A stretch of 63,723 nt of DNA, filler included, from Reclinomonas americana ATCC 50394 (GCA_048213135.1; 16 parts of 16 records of this genome joined end to end with filler, not necessarily neighbours in it); one strand, 5' to 3'. Counted from the first letter of the whole stretch, positions 1 to 11,469 are shown. Notes: a model not told the origin generated them from the letters alone. Program-made: numbers and translations.

Positions 1-34
1 GAGAGAGAGAGAGTATGTGTGTGTGTCTACTCAC

Positions 35-122
35 CGCGCACAGCAATGACGCTCTCATTCTCCAACTTGAGGCGAGAGATCTCAACTCCGTCCTTGACCT
101 CCTTGACCTCCCAGTCGGGGCT
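35..122 (-). CDS. Internal exon of a gene running off the left edge, possibly START/lipid-binding-like
   Basis: Bounded by a CAG acceptor and a GTGAGT donor; encodes SPDWEVKEVKDGVEISRLKLENESVIAVR, reminiscent of the W...KDGV..S strand of START domains. Family call is weak. Confidence 0.35.
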
Positions 123-666
123 CTGCAGAGGATTGCAAGAAGCGATCGGGTGAGAAGGCGCGCAGAGAAAAAAAAAGGAGTGTGCTTTTGTTGTTGTTGT
201 GTAACGTTGTAGACTTGGATGAAAGTGTCGTAGACGGCGCGCTGCATTGTTTTGATGAGTGTTTGTGCTGTGCAAGGGAGTGAGTGAGAGAGATGATGGT
301 GAGCGCTCGGAATGCAACGCACAAATTTGGGTAAAAAGGCGATCGATTGGATTGACGGGTGAAAACTGGACTGCATTTTGCATGCCGACTGGTCGTGGCT
401 GGCTGGGGCCTGATGGAGCCATCATTCAAAGCAACAGCTGATGTTTTGGATACGGTTGAACTTGGTACAATTGATGTCGGTGCGGTTGCGAGTGTGCTCC
501 AGTGGTGAGCACTCCAGCTCCGGCGGGATCCGGAGCCAGGATCGTGACCAGCGGGCCGCACACACGCTCGAGGGAGGGTTTTGCTGGTCACATTGCTTGA
601 CCGGCCCCTCTCGAGGCCCGATCTAAGCGAAGGCATGTAAAATAAAGTCAAACTACATGTATACTG

Positions 667-1030
667 TAAGTCGGTTGTGGTTGGGGTGCATCGCTGTCGG
701 TGTTGAGTCGAGTAGAGAGTGCCACGTGTAGTGACGGTGCTGTCCAGTGGTGGACTGGTGGTGGCAGTAGAGGACACTACAATTGGTTGTCGAGACTGAT
801 AAGTGTGGAGCAAACTCAAATACGGAACTCTCTCCAAACGTAGTCAGGAGAGAACTATAAGTCGATTGTACATGTGGTTGGGGTGCATCGCTGTCGGTGT
901 TGAATCGAGTAGAGAATGCCACGTGTGACGGTGCTGTTCAGTGGTGGACTGGTGGTGGCAGTAAAGGACACTACAATTGGTTGTCGAGAGTGATAAGTGT
1001 GGAGCAAGCTCAAATACGGAACTCTCTCCA
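667..1030. repeat. Tandem direct duplication of about 170 bp (2 copies, ~667-836 and ~858-1030)
   Basis: Both copies run TGGTTGGGGTGCATCGCTGTCGGTGTTGA...CAAATACGGAACTCTCTCCA with only scattered substitutions and small indels. Confidence 0.9.
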
Positions 1031-1483
1031 CTATGCCTATGGCCAATTTTTTTTTTTTTTTTGGAATCGTCATCATCAACGTTAAACATCATCTGGCAGG
1101 ATTGCTGTCACTGACACCTATCATTCAGCTCACAGAGACCTTCGCCGGGAACAAAGGAAACAGATCGGCCAAATTCGGAGCCGCTTCCGCCTGACGGTGA
1201 CACACCCACGCTCGAAAAGCCGCCATCCACGGCGACTGTGGCCACCGCCCCCTGTAGTGCACCATGCGCACAGGCGCCACCCGTCGTCGCTCGGTCTTCT
1301 CCACCGGCACCGAGATCGCCTAGATTTCTTCTCCAAAACGCACGTCGCCCACGCATAACGTCGCCAACACCGGACGCAAGCCGAGGAAAAACCCAGTCGA
1401 TGTCGCCACCAACGCGCCCACCGGCACTCTGCGAGCCTTAAACAGCGATGTAACGAGCAGGGACGCCGTCATTGGATTATGTA

Positions 1484-4400
1484 TCAGAGAAGGGGACAGC
1501 CCGGCTCCTCAGAGGTGAAGTTGGGGTGCACTGAGCCGAGAATTCGCTGCAGTAATGGACTTCCATCAGTTACCCGCCAGATGTTAACTGAACAGCCAGT
1601 TGTTCGCATAGCGAGCCCGGCAGCAAGGGACGTACGCGGCAACATGCTCTGGAGATAGTCCCACATAGTCCGACGCGTATTAAGGCGACGACCTCGACGA
1701 ATGAACACTACTGCCCCTGGACGACGCACTTCCATGCCAGACTCTACTGACCACACACGCACAGCGACGTCGGCAGCTTTGCTCACGATGTACTGACCAT
1801 CGAGAGTGATAGCGACAGGGTTCACAAGCCAGTTACGTCGTTTCAAACGTCGCACTTCCTCTCCGTTCGCCAGTGACCACATCCGCACGGTATTGTCTCG
1901 ACTCCAACTCCAAATGTGTTGACTGTCACGAGTGACAACGACAGAGCGCACCCGGGCAGTGTGTCCATGCAACTGTCGCACTTCTTCCCCATTAATCACT
2001 GACCACACTCGAATTGTCTTGTCATGACTCCCGCTCACAATGTGCTGACCGTCGGGAGTAATCGCAACGGATGACACGTCGCCAGTGTGGCCTTCCAGTC
2101 GGCGCACTTCTTCCCCACTCGCCAGTGACCACATTCGCACGGTGTTGTCTCGACTCCCACTCACAAGGTGCAGCCTGTCGGGAGTGATGGCGAGAGAAGT
2201 TACCTGCTGAGAGTGTCCCTCCATCCGTCGTACCCCATCTCCACCTTTTAAAGACTGCACACGCAATTCACAGTCGTCCCCTCCGCTCACAACATACTGC
2301 CCTTCGCGGGTGAAAACAACAGAGTGCACCACACAAGAGTGTCCCTTCAGCTGTCGCAATTCCTTCCCACTCATCAGTGACCACGGTCGCACTGTCCCGT
2401 CGCCACTGCTGCTAACAATGTGCTGCCCATCGGGAGTGATAGCAACAGACAGCACTGCGTCAGTATGTCCCTCCAATCGTCGTACCTCTTCTCCAGTCGA
2501 CAATGACCACACGCGCACTGTGTTATCCTTGCTACCACTCACGATGTACTGGATATCGGGCGAGACAGCAACACAATACACTTCGTCGGTGTGTCCATCA
2601 AACCGTCGCAATTCTTGTCCACTCGCCAGTGTCCACAACCTCACAGTACGATCCAAGCTCCCGCTGATAATGTGTTGACCATCGGTACAAACGACGACGG
2701 CAGACACAGCACCGGCATGCCCCACGACAACTCCCACTCCTTGTCCTCTCGCAAGTGGCCACACACGCACTGTCCAATCATCGCTCCCACTCACTACATG
2801 CTGACCATCGGGAGTGATGGACACGGACAATACCTTCCCAGAGTGCCCGTTGAACTTCCGCATCTCCTTGCCACTCGCCACAGACCACATACGTACTGTC
2901 TTATCCTGACTACCACTAATGATGTGCTGACCGTCGGAAGTAACAGCGACACACTCGACCCTGTCAGTGTGCCCCTTTAACCGTCGCACCTCCTCGCTAC
3001 TCGCCAGAGACCACACACGCACTGTGCAGTCATTACTCCCACTCATTAGTTTTGACCCGACGGTGAATGTGACAGGATGCAGCTCCTTGACCCTTGACCC
3101 TTAACCCGGGGGCCCCTACCCTTGACCCTTTGCTCTTGACCGTTGGCTTCCTGGGCCCTTGACCCTTAACCCGAGTGTGGGGCAAAAGTTGTGTCTTGCG
3201 CAAGTCGCGAAATGTAAGTAGAGACTCCGATTTGCATGACCAACTGTCGCAGTGCATCTTCACATTACTAGATACAATGTGCTGGCCATCTGTCGTGACA
3301 GCAACACATCTCACAATCCCGGTATGACCTTTCATCGGCTTCCTCGGCCACTTCACGCCCGTCAGCTTTGCCCTACTGAAATTCGCCCCACGCGCATACG
3401 CCATGCACACATTCACCCCCCGCATATCCGCTCCTCTCCACACTGTCCGGTGCATCACCGCATCCCTCAAATCCGCACCCCTCACTCGCACACCCGACAG
3501 ATCTCGCCCACTGAACGACACTTGTGCCACACACAACACTGTTGCTGCATTCGCCGCCGCAGTCACCACTCGCTCCTCATCCATCTCCCGTGACATCTCA
3601 ATCACCTCCCACAATCGCGCTTGCAATGCAAGAGATCGTCGAACCACCTCGGCCATTTGCTCCACCATCGATGGTCGATCATTCAGTAATCGCACCGACA
3701 GCACATGCTGCTGCACATCCAGTATCGTCAATCTCCTCCCCTCATCCCACGTCTCCCATGCAAACACATGCCGTGCCACACAATGTTCCAGCAACGACAG
3801 TTGCACGAATCCCCACTGTGTCCTCCCATACCGTCGCACAATCGGACAGCACACACGCACATGCCGAAATCTGCCACCAAAGAACTTGTCAAACGGTACT
3901 TCTTCCACTCGCTGACGATCGACTGGTGCACCGCCGAACTCGTTTGCCTCTTCGCCATTCGCTCGGTCATCATATAATGCTCGCACAAGATTCTCCCTAT
4001 GCATCAAACGCGCCAGACCTTCACAGAAGGCGAGGCACGTTTCCACAGTCGGCACACGCTCCGCACCAAGACGCGTCTGCCTCTCCTGCTCCCTCTCAAT
4101 CCATTGCCGAATGAATCGGTCATACACGTCATACCGAGTCGGTCGCTCCCTAAAGTCACTCGTCACCAGTTGTGGCAGCACCTGCACCACCACCGACAGC
4201 ATGAATGGATTCGCGATCAACAGTTGCACACCATGCAATCCATGCAGTGCATGCTGATACTCATCCACTGTTTGCCATTCCGCCGATTGGTACGTGACAA
4301 AGAGACACAGGTAGTCATCGATCTGAGTATCATTGAATGGTTCCACAGTGCGTTCCACCAAGACCTGCAAGTCCGCACGTCCACTACTGTCTGTGGGAAC

Positions 4401-6204
4401 AAAGAAGCGACGGTAGTCAGTTCCTCCCGAACCCATGCCGGCCGCGTAATCTGCACGACAAGTCACAATCACTTTGACATCCGTGCATCCTCGGAGCTGT
4501 TTGCGCACATCCATCAATCACCGTCGGTCAAGTGCGAAAGGGGGAGAGACGAGGAGCGAGACGAGGAAGCAAACCTGCGCCGTGTCCATCAGATTGATCT
4601 CACGGTACAGCTCATCGTACCCATCCAACAACAGCAACAGCGGCGATTGCTTGACGCGCTGCACTGCAGCCTCCGGCCACGTCACTGGTAGCACTTCTTC
4701 CAGCATGCGATGCTCCACATCCTGCAACGCTGACAACGGCACACGCAGTGGCAGCCGCCGACTCCGTCCCTCTCGATACGCTCGCCACAAGTGATCCGCC
4801 ATCACCGTCAACGCAGTTGTCTTGCCAGCCCCACTGTTGCCGAGGAACAGCAACACGCGTGCGCGGCTATCATCCGCAATGAAAGCATCGACCTCCGACA
4901 AAAGATCACGTGACTCGCTACCTACAGTTGTCAGCAGTGGCACGTACATCTGTAGCGTCTTGCGCAGGTTGTCGTCATCACGGAATGCCAATGACTCGCT
5001 CTCGCTGTAGCTTTCGAGGAATGCAGTGAACGCAGCACCAGATATCCCTTGCCGCCCTGCGAGAGTCGAGTGTTTCTCTCGTGAGGGTGCGGAAGTGGAA
5101 TACAGCAGACGCACAATGTGATGAAACTTGATCGATTATCTTCCAGCAAGGCACGAAAGTGCGCGAGGGGGGCATCACCGAGCTGGAGTGCAGAGATGGC
5201 CATCACCAGACGCCCCTCAAGAACACCATCGCCAAGTAGGTCAGTGACTTCATCGGCGTTGGCGACAGAAGGATGGCGGTGGGCAAATGAGTTGCGAATG
5301 TCACGCAGCGTCTCTATCGCTCGACGCTGCGCGTGAGTGATGAGCAGCATGGCAAGCAGCGCGAATAGAGAGCAAGCAGCACACTGACCTCCTCATCTAA
5401 GGCGAGAAGGAAGTGGGAGCTCCCGTCAGCTTCCACGATTCCTCCATTTACCAGAATTGCGCAGAGTGCGCTCAAGTCGAATGGTGGGCACGGTGGTGTG
5501 CTTGTGGGATCCGCATCGAATGCTGTTTTCCAGGTGAGCACATGAGCTCGCTGCTCATTGTGCTGCAAGAACGCGTAATTGCCGCCGGGTTTGTAGCTGC
5601 GACACACCACTATCAGAACCAAGAGGCAGAGGAAACAACACCAATCACCACCGTATACGTACCGCGCAGGAATCTCTCGGACAGTCTTGCAGCACCACGC
5701 CTCGTCGACACGCATGGTGGTATGCAGGCGGCAGAACACAGGCAGCGCTGCGCGGAGTCGAGCGGCCAGTGCGTCTCTGACAATATCCATGGCACCTTGG
5801 AGAAGGTTGTAATTGTTCGTTCTTCACGCACACACGTACACGCTGCGGATGAGACGCACATCTTCTCCTCTTTTCCATCTCAAACACACAAACAACGCAC
5901 CCACTGCCCTCAACATCCACCGTCAGCGTGGTTTCCGCCGATATGCCAAGTTCTCGCACTGTTGACGAATCTGACAGCAGCAGCACCACATCCGACCGCA
6001 CGCGCACACGCGCATCCGGAGCGACACCAAGCAGGAGCAAGCCGCGTTGCACAAGGTGACACAGTCGCGTGTCGCCAGTGATGTCGGCGACTGTGGTGCG
6101 TGCGGTGCCGTCAGCGAGGAGAAAGTGGACAGAGAATGACTGCACGCCAGTGAGTTAGAAGAGTGGCTGACGAGTACGTGTGTGAGGAGACACAGACGCA
6201 CCAT
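1484..6204 (-). CDS. NLR-like STAND protein: ubiquitin-like domain, HEPN (DZIP3/Swt1-like), NACHT, pentapeptide repeats, WD40 array; frame interrupted near 3045-3265
   Basis: Inferred exons encode M|SFSVHFLLADG...TVRELGISAETTLTVDVEG (Ub-like); NNYNLLQGAMDIVRDAL...FDLSALCAILVN...IETLRDIRNSFAH (HEPN RxxxxH at 5279-5296); Walker A GNSGAGKT (4818-4841); Walker B LLLLLDGYDE; VIVTCR; AAANAATVL followed by pentapeptides (DLSGVRVRGADLRDA); about 11 WD40 repeats of 42 aa in ORF 1484-3046. GT-AG introns can join the N-terminal exons in frame. Confidence 0.8.
3085..3172. repeat. Telomere-like 7-mer cluster (CCCTTGA/CCCTTAA) inside the NACHT-WD40 gene
   Basis: CCTTGACCCTTGACCCTTAACCC at 3085-3107, CCCTTGACCCTT near 3119 and CCCTTGACCCTTAACCC at 3156-3172. 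Confidence 0.7.
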
Positions 6205-6440
6205 GTTTACGAGGATGATGGCTCGCGGGGCGACACAGCAAAGTTGGGACTCGTTGATTGCATCGAGTAGTGGAATCTATAAGTGTGTGCTGCTCGCTTG
6301 GGAAGGCTGCATCACTGTCTTGTGCACAGTTTACCGCACAGAACATCGTAATTCAGACTGAGCGACGCCGCTTTGGCGACGAAAGCAAACGCATACTGAG
6401 TAAGACACATTCAAGGAGAGAGGTGCTTCGACATTCTTCA

Positions 6441-7529
6441 CTACCACCACACGCAAGACGAGTAAAAGCACAGAGCCTCCGCCTCCTCGACGATAAAACA
6501 CCGAAACGCAATCTCGGCCAAGCAGCGTGGATCCTCCTCCTCCTCCCCCTCCCCCCGCAGCAGCATCTCCTGCACGGCCAGCATCGCCAACCGCGCTCTA
6601 CCCAGCTCCTGCTGCGCGAGACTGCGTGGAGTGCACCACACTCGCAACGTGCAGTCCAGACCCCCGCTCACAATGTGCTGACCATCCGGGGAGAGGGCGA
6701 CACCGCGCACCGCCCCAGTGTGCCCCTCCAGCCGCCGCACCTCGTCGCCACTCGCCATCGACCACACACGCACAGTCTTGTCATCCCCGCCGCTCACCAC
6801 ACACCGATCGTCGGCGGTGAATGCAACAGACCGCACCACACCACTGTGCCCCTCCAACCGTCGCACCTCCTCGCCACTCTCCAGTGACCACACTCGAACA
6901 GTCTTGTCCGCGCTTCCACTCACCATCCACCGACCGTCGTGAGACACGGCGACCGACAACACGTAGAACGCATCGCGCGCTTGCATCTTCCGCACCACTT
7001 CGCCACTCGCAACGCGATGCATCCACAGAGTGCAATCATTGCCGCAACTCAGAGTGTGCTGGCCGTCGGGGGTGACAGCGATGGAGAACACGCAGTCGAA
7101 GCCGCCCTTCATCTGTCGCACTTGTTCGCCACTCGCAAGAGACCACACGCGCAGAGTCATGTCCACACTCCCACTCACCACGTGCTGACCATCGGGGGTG
7201 ACTGCAACAGCAAACACAGAATTAAGGTGCCCCTCCAGCCTGCGCACTTCGTCGCCACTCGCCATCGACCACACTCGCACAGCCTCATCGGTGCTTCCGC
7301 TGACGACATGCTGGCCATTGGGAGTGATGGCAATACACATAACATCTTCAGTGTGTCCCTCTAGTCGGTGCACTTGCTCGCCACTCGCCAGCGACCACAC
7401 GCACAGTGTCTTGTCGCCGCAGCCACAGACAATGTGGTCACCATCGGGCGTGACGGCGATGCAGAGGATACCACCAACGTTTGTTTGCAAGACCTGTGCT
7501 GGGCATGAATAATGAACTTGAGAAGGCAC
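6441..7529 (-). CDS. WD40-repeat protein (about 7 repeats, same repeat family as the adjacent NACHT gene); 5' end uncertain
   Basis: ORF with repeated GH.....VAVTPDGQHVVSGS.D.T.RVWS.ASG.EVRRLE units and a short non-repeat C-terminal tail. Confidence 0.85.
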   Translation of the reverse strand: MPSQVHYSCPAQVLQTNVGGILCIAVTPDGDHIVCGCGDKTLCVWSLASGEQVHRLEGHTEDVMCIAITPNGQHVVSGSTDEAVRVWSMASGDEVRRLEGHLNSVFAVAVTPDGQHVVSGSVDMTLRVWSLASGEQVRQMKGGFDCVFSIAVTPDGQHTLSCGNDCTLWMHRVASGEVVRKMQARDAFYVLSVAVSHDGRWMVSGSADKTVRVWSLESGEEVRRLEGHSGVVRSVAFTADDRCVVSGGDDKTVRVWSMASGDEVRRLEGHTGAVRGVALSPDGQHIVSGGLDCTLRVWCTPRSLAQQELGRARLAMLAVQEMLLRGEGEEEEDPRCLAEIAFRCFIVEEAEALCFYSSCVWW

Positions 7530-7661
7530 CTGTTGCCTCTTTTAAAAGGAGACACACACACCCGCGCTGCCATGTCGTACGTAGTTGCTTGAGTGAAAGA
7601 CAAGTAAAGGGGATGTGGGACCGAAGGACGTCGTACTCTTGCAAGGCACTCAAGGAAGGAG

Positions 7662-7800
7662 GGTGGGAGGGTGGAAGGGTGGAAGGGTGGAAGGGTGGAA
7701 GGGAGGAAGGGTGGAAGGGTGGAAGGGTGGAAGGGTGGAAGGGTGGAAGGGTGGAAGGGTGGAAGGGTGGAAGGGTGGAAGGGTGGAAGGATGGAAAGGG
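7662..7800 (+). repeat. (GGAAGGGT)n G-rich tandem repeat abutting a gap
   Basis: About 17 near-perfect copies of an 8-mer. Confidence 0.9.
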
Positions 7801-7801
7801 C

Positions 7802-7901
7802 NNNNNNNNNNNNNNNNNNNNNNNNNNNNNNNNNNNNNNNNNNNNTTAATTAATTAANNNNNNNNNNNNNNNNNNNNNNNNNNNNNNNNNNNNNNNNNNN
7901 N
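7802..7901. other. Artificial scaffold gap (N44-TTAATTAATTAA-N44); same spacer at 14821, 18529, 20831, 25831, 27017, 28479, 31099, 34559, 37580, 39718, 51034, 53851, 55903, 60589
   Basis: Identical 100-nt spacers with a palindromic six-frame stop linker. Confidence 0.97.
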
Positions 7902-8280
7902 CGAAGGGGGAAGACGGAAGAGGGAAGACGGAAGGATAGAGTGTGAGTCTCTCTCTCTCTCTCTTTCGCTAGGTAAAGAGAAACGTGAGCAAACATCGAC
8001 GTATTTCTCTGACACGCGTTTCCTGTCGTACAGCAAGACTTGAAGAAGTAAGTAAAACAGATTGGACGCGAAGATGAGAAGCGAAAATCGAAGCGAGGGT
8101 CCCTTATTGCCTCTTACCCACACGGCCTTCCCCTCCGTCCCTCCGCCTCCCCCATCACCTTCTTCAGCATCATCTATTCATCGCAATCCCTCTCCTCTCA
8201 CACACCTTCCCCTCCCTTCCACATTTACCCTCCCCTATCCCTTCCACCTCTAATACCCTGCCCTTTTTCCCCTCTGCCTC

Positions 8281-10661
8281 ACCTCCCGTGTACATGTGCA
8301 GCGCACTGTCCTGATACCGCGTCAACTCCTCGGCCGACGAGTCAAAGAGGAATCGCGACAAATTGACGAGGTTACCGGTGGCGCCGTGCAGCACATCCGT
8401 CTTGTAACATCTGCAGGCAGCAAATGTGTTAAGAGCGCTTGTCTTTCCGCAGCGAAGCGAAAGAGATAAACGCCACCTCACAAACAGATCCAGCACCGAG
8501 GGATTCAGTGGACCGCCCGCTCGATCCTTCCATTCGGCATTGGCGACCTCCTCCGAGAGCGGCAGCGGTGGATCCGGGAACATGCTCTGCAAGTCCTCCG
8601 GCGCAAAGCCGAGAGCCTCGTCCTTGAACACGAATACGGTTGTCTCGTCGGCATCCAACTCCGAGGCGGCACTGGCTGCACGGGTGGGAGAAGTACATGA
8701 TAAATGAGACAAAGGGAAAGGGAAAGGGAGAGGAAAGGGAAAGGGAAGGGAGGAGAGTAGAGGGAAGAGAGGGACTAAAGGAAGGAGAGGGAGGAGAGGG
8801 CGGAGAGGAAGAGGAAGAGGAAGAGGAAGAGGAAGAGGAAGAGGAAGAGGAAGAGGAAGAGGAAGAGGAAGAGGAAGAAGACGAGGAAGAGGACGAGGAA
8901 GAGGAAGAGGAAGAAGACGAGGAAGAACACGAGGAAGAGGAAGAGGAAGAAGACGAGGAAGAAGACGAGGAAGAAGACGAGGAAGAAGACGAGGAAGAAG
9001 ACGAGGAAGAAGACGAGGAAGAAGACGAGGATGAGGAAGAGGAAGGGGAAGAGGAAGAGAGAAATGACAGGTGAGTGACAGACGGATGGAGAGACTGAAA
9101 GGCGCAACAGAAGGAATGAGAAAGAGAAGGCCAAGATGAAACGGACGAGGCGACGCGTGATTTGAGAAGAGAGAAATACAGTACAAAAGAGAGAGGGAAG
9201 GGCAGACTGGAAACTAGGGAGCCAGAAACAGCAAGGTCTATGTGCGTCAGAGAGACAAACTCCACCTGCTGACGAAGAGGAGCCCGCCAACCGCGGTCCC
9301 AACACAATCTCCTCGGGCTCAAACACAAACGGCAGGGCGTCGGCCACACTCAGATCAGCCAGCGGATGCGGCTGAGGGACGACAAAATTCGGGCTTCGTA
9401 ACCGGCTGCGGAAGGAAGAAAGGTTGATTGAGGAGGCAGGAGGATGAGCATCTTGGCAGAGTCTGTGCGCGTGCACACGAACCCCGAAGCTCGCCTCTCG
9501 CGCAACAACGATTGCTGTAGCCGCGAATGTGCAGTTGCCGGGGACGGTGAGGCGCCGGCAGAGGACGACGCCGCCAGCGCGGAGGAAGCAGCAGCAGGAG
9601 GGGGAGGAGCAGCAGGAGCGGGTGACTGCCCAACCGTGCTGGCGCCATCGGTCGACGACTGCGAGGGCGTCGGCGATGGCGAGGCGGCAGAAGGGGGATG
9701 CGGCGGAGGCAGTGTCGTGGGTCGGCGCGGCAGGTCGCGCAAGCCGACGGGCGGGGGTGGAGGTGGTGTCGACGGGGGTGGTGGGGTGGCGAAAATGAGT
9801 GAGGCGTCGAGGGACATGCGACGGAAGTGCATGGCGGCTTCGGCGGCGTCGTAGGGCACCACGCCTTCGGTGAATACTTGGGCTGCGAATGAGCAGAAGG
9901 GGGGAGATTAGAGGAAGGGGAGGAGACGGAAAAGGGGGGTAAAAGGGAGAAGGGATAAGAGAGAGAGGGAGGTGGATGGTGAGGGAAGGGGAGGGAGGGA
10001 GAGGGAAGAGGGAAGAGGGAAGAGGGAAGAGGGAGAGGGAGAGGGAGAGGGAGAGGGAGAGGGAGAGGGAGAGGGAGAGGGAGAGGGAGAGGGAGGACAA
10101 TGGATACATAAGGCAAGGATGTGGGCGGGAAGGAAAACAGCATCGCAAGGAGGATGGTGAGAAGAACGAATGGACGAGAGCGGAATTGATGAGGTTGGCG
10201 AGGGACAGGAGGCAACCGAAGTAATCGGTTCATCATAGACATACAGAGTAAGGCTTCGAGAGGAGAATCAACGAGATGAGAGCGAGGGTGAAGGAGGTGA
10301 GAGGATGGAGGGAACAAGGCATGTACGAGGCAGAAGAAGTCAGGCTTCTGCTCACGCATTGCTTTCCTCACTCGTTGTGTCTTTGTTTCGATCTGCTATC
10401 ACCATAGCGTGTTCCATCCAATGTCGCACACTCGTCGCCATTCACACTCGCTTGTCTCTCGTCTCTCGTTCTGTCGCTTCCCGAGTCTCGTTCCTCAAAC
10501 CCTTGATTCTCTCTCTCCCTGTCTCTCATTCATTCTGAGTCTCTCTCTCTCTCTCTCTCACTCACTCACTCACTCACTCACTCACTCACTCTACTGTTCT
10601 CAAAGACTAGCTTTCTCACGCTCACCCTCTCCACCATTGTGCCTTCGCATCCTTTCTTCTG

Positions 10662-10742
<81 letters not shown>

Positions 10743-11180
10743 CTCTCTCTCTCACATGCACACACAAGAGACAGGTTGTCAATCAAGCAGCGCAATTCTA
10801 ACCTCTCTCTCTCTCTCTCTTGCACCTTGCCTTCCTTCTCTCTCTCTCTCTCTCAGACAAGTTGTCAATCAAGCAATTCAACCTCTTTCCCTCCCCCTTT
10901 TCCCCCGCTTTTCCCCCCCTTCTCTCCGCCTCGTCTCACCTGGAGGCACCAGCTCCTCTCCCGCCATTCCACCCAACGGCAACGGCGACGGTGTTTCCGG
11001 TTCCATCACGTCTAATCTCTCTCCGCCTTGCTCTTCCTCCTCTCCTCCTTCTTCTTCTTCTTGTGCTTGTCCTTGTTCTTGCGTTTCTCCTTCTGCTCTC
11101 TGCTCCTCCTCTTGTGCCTGGGCGACTGGGAGCTCCTCCTCCGCCACGAGTGGCGTGTCTGCAAGGTCGTGGTCGGACAT
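8281..11180 (-). CDS. Multi-exon hypothetical protein with acidic N-terminus (3' end probably in gap)
   Basis: First exon MSDHDLADTPLVAEEELPVAQAQEEEQ...; later exons include VPYDAAEAAMHFRR, RSPNFVVPQPHPLADLSVADALPFVFEPEE, DETTVFVFKDEALGFAPEDLQSMFPDPP and CYKTDVLHGATGNLVNLSRFLFD, separated by microsatellite-filled introns. Confidence 0.6.
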
Positions 11181-11469
11181 TTCGCAAGCAAGAAAAAACA
11201 CGCGCTGCTCTTGTTGTTGATGGTGCGCGGGGGAGGGGTGGTGGTCGGTGGAGTGCACTCAAGTGGAGGCGAGCGCGTGCGCGATGCCGAATTGCGTGAG
11301 TTTTGAGTGGCGTGACACGGGACGTGCGTGATGGTTGCGAAGTTTGGTCGGCACGAGCGAGTTCATGCTCAAGGGAGGGAAAGAGATGAAAGAGAAAACA
11401 CAAAAAAACGGACAGGAGACCACAGTGTGCCTCTTGTCGGGCAGGAGGCCAGGGTGGCGGCCTCCCTCC

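Noticed and set aside
2310..4691. Plus-strand ORFs overlapping the NACHT-WD40 gene
   Set aside because: Antisense shadows of a GC-rich repetitive coding strand with no independent motifs.
7846..7857. Recurrent TTAATTAATTAA palindrome
   Set aside because: Always centred in a 100-nt N spacer; an artificial six-frame stop linker, not biology.
9800..9880. Resemblance of VPYDAAEAAMHFRR to the Clu/CLUH N-terminal motif
   Set aside because: Single short motif with no other recognisable Clu signature in the visible exons; insufficient for a call.
8429..10148. Long ORFs with poly-S, poly-E, LP or FL runs
   Set aside because: Read-through of GA/CT microsatellite introns; the same applies to similar ORFs at 17-18, 23-24 and 29-30 kb.
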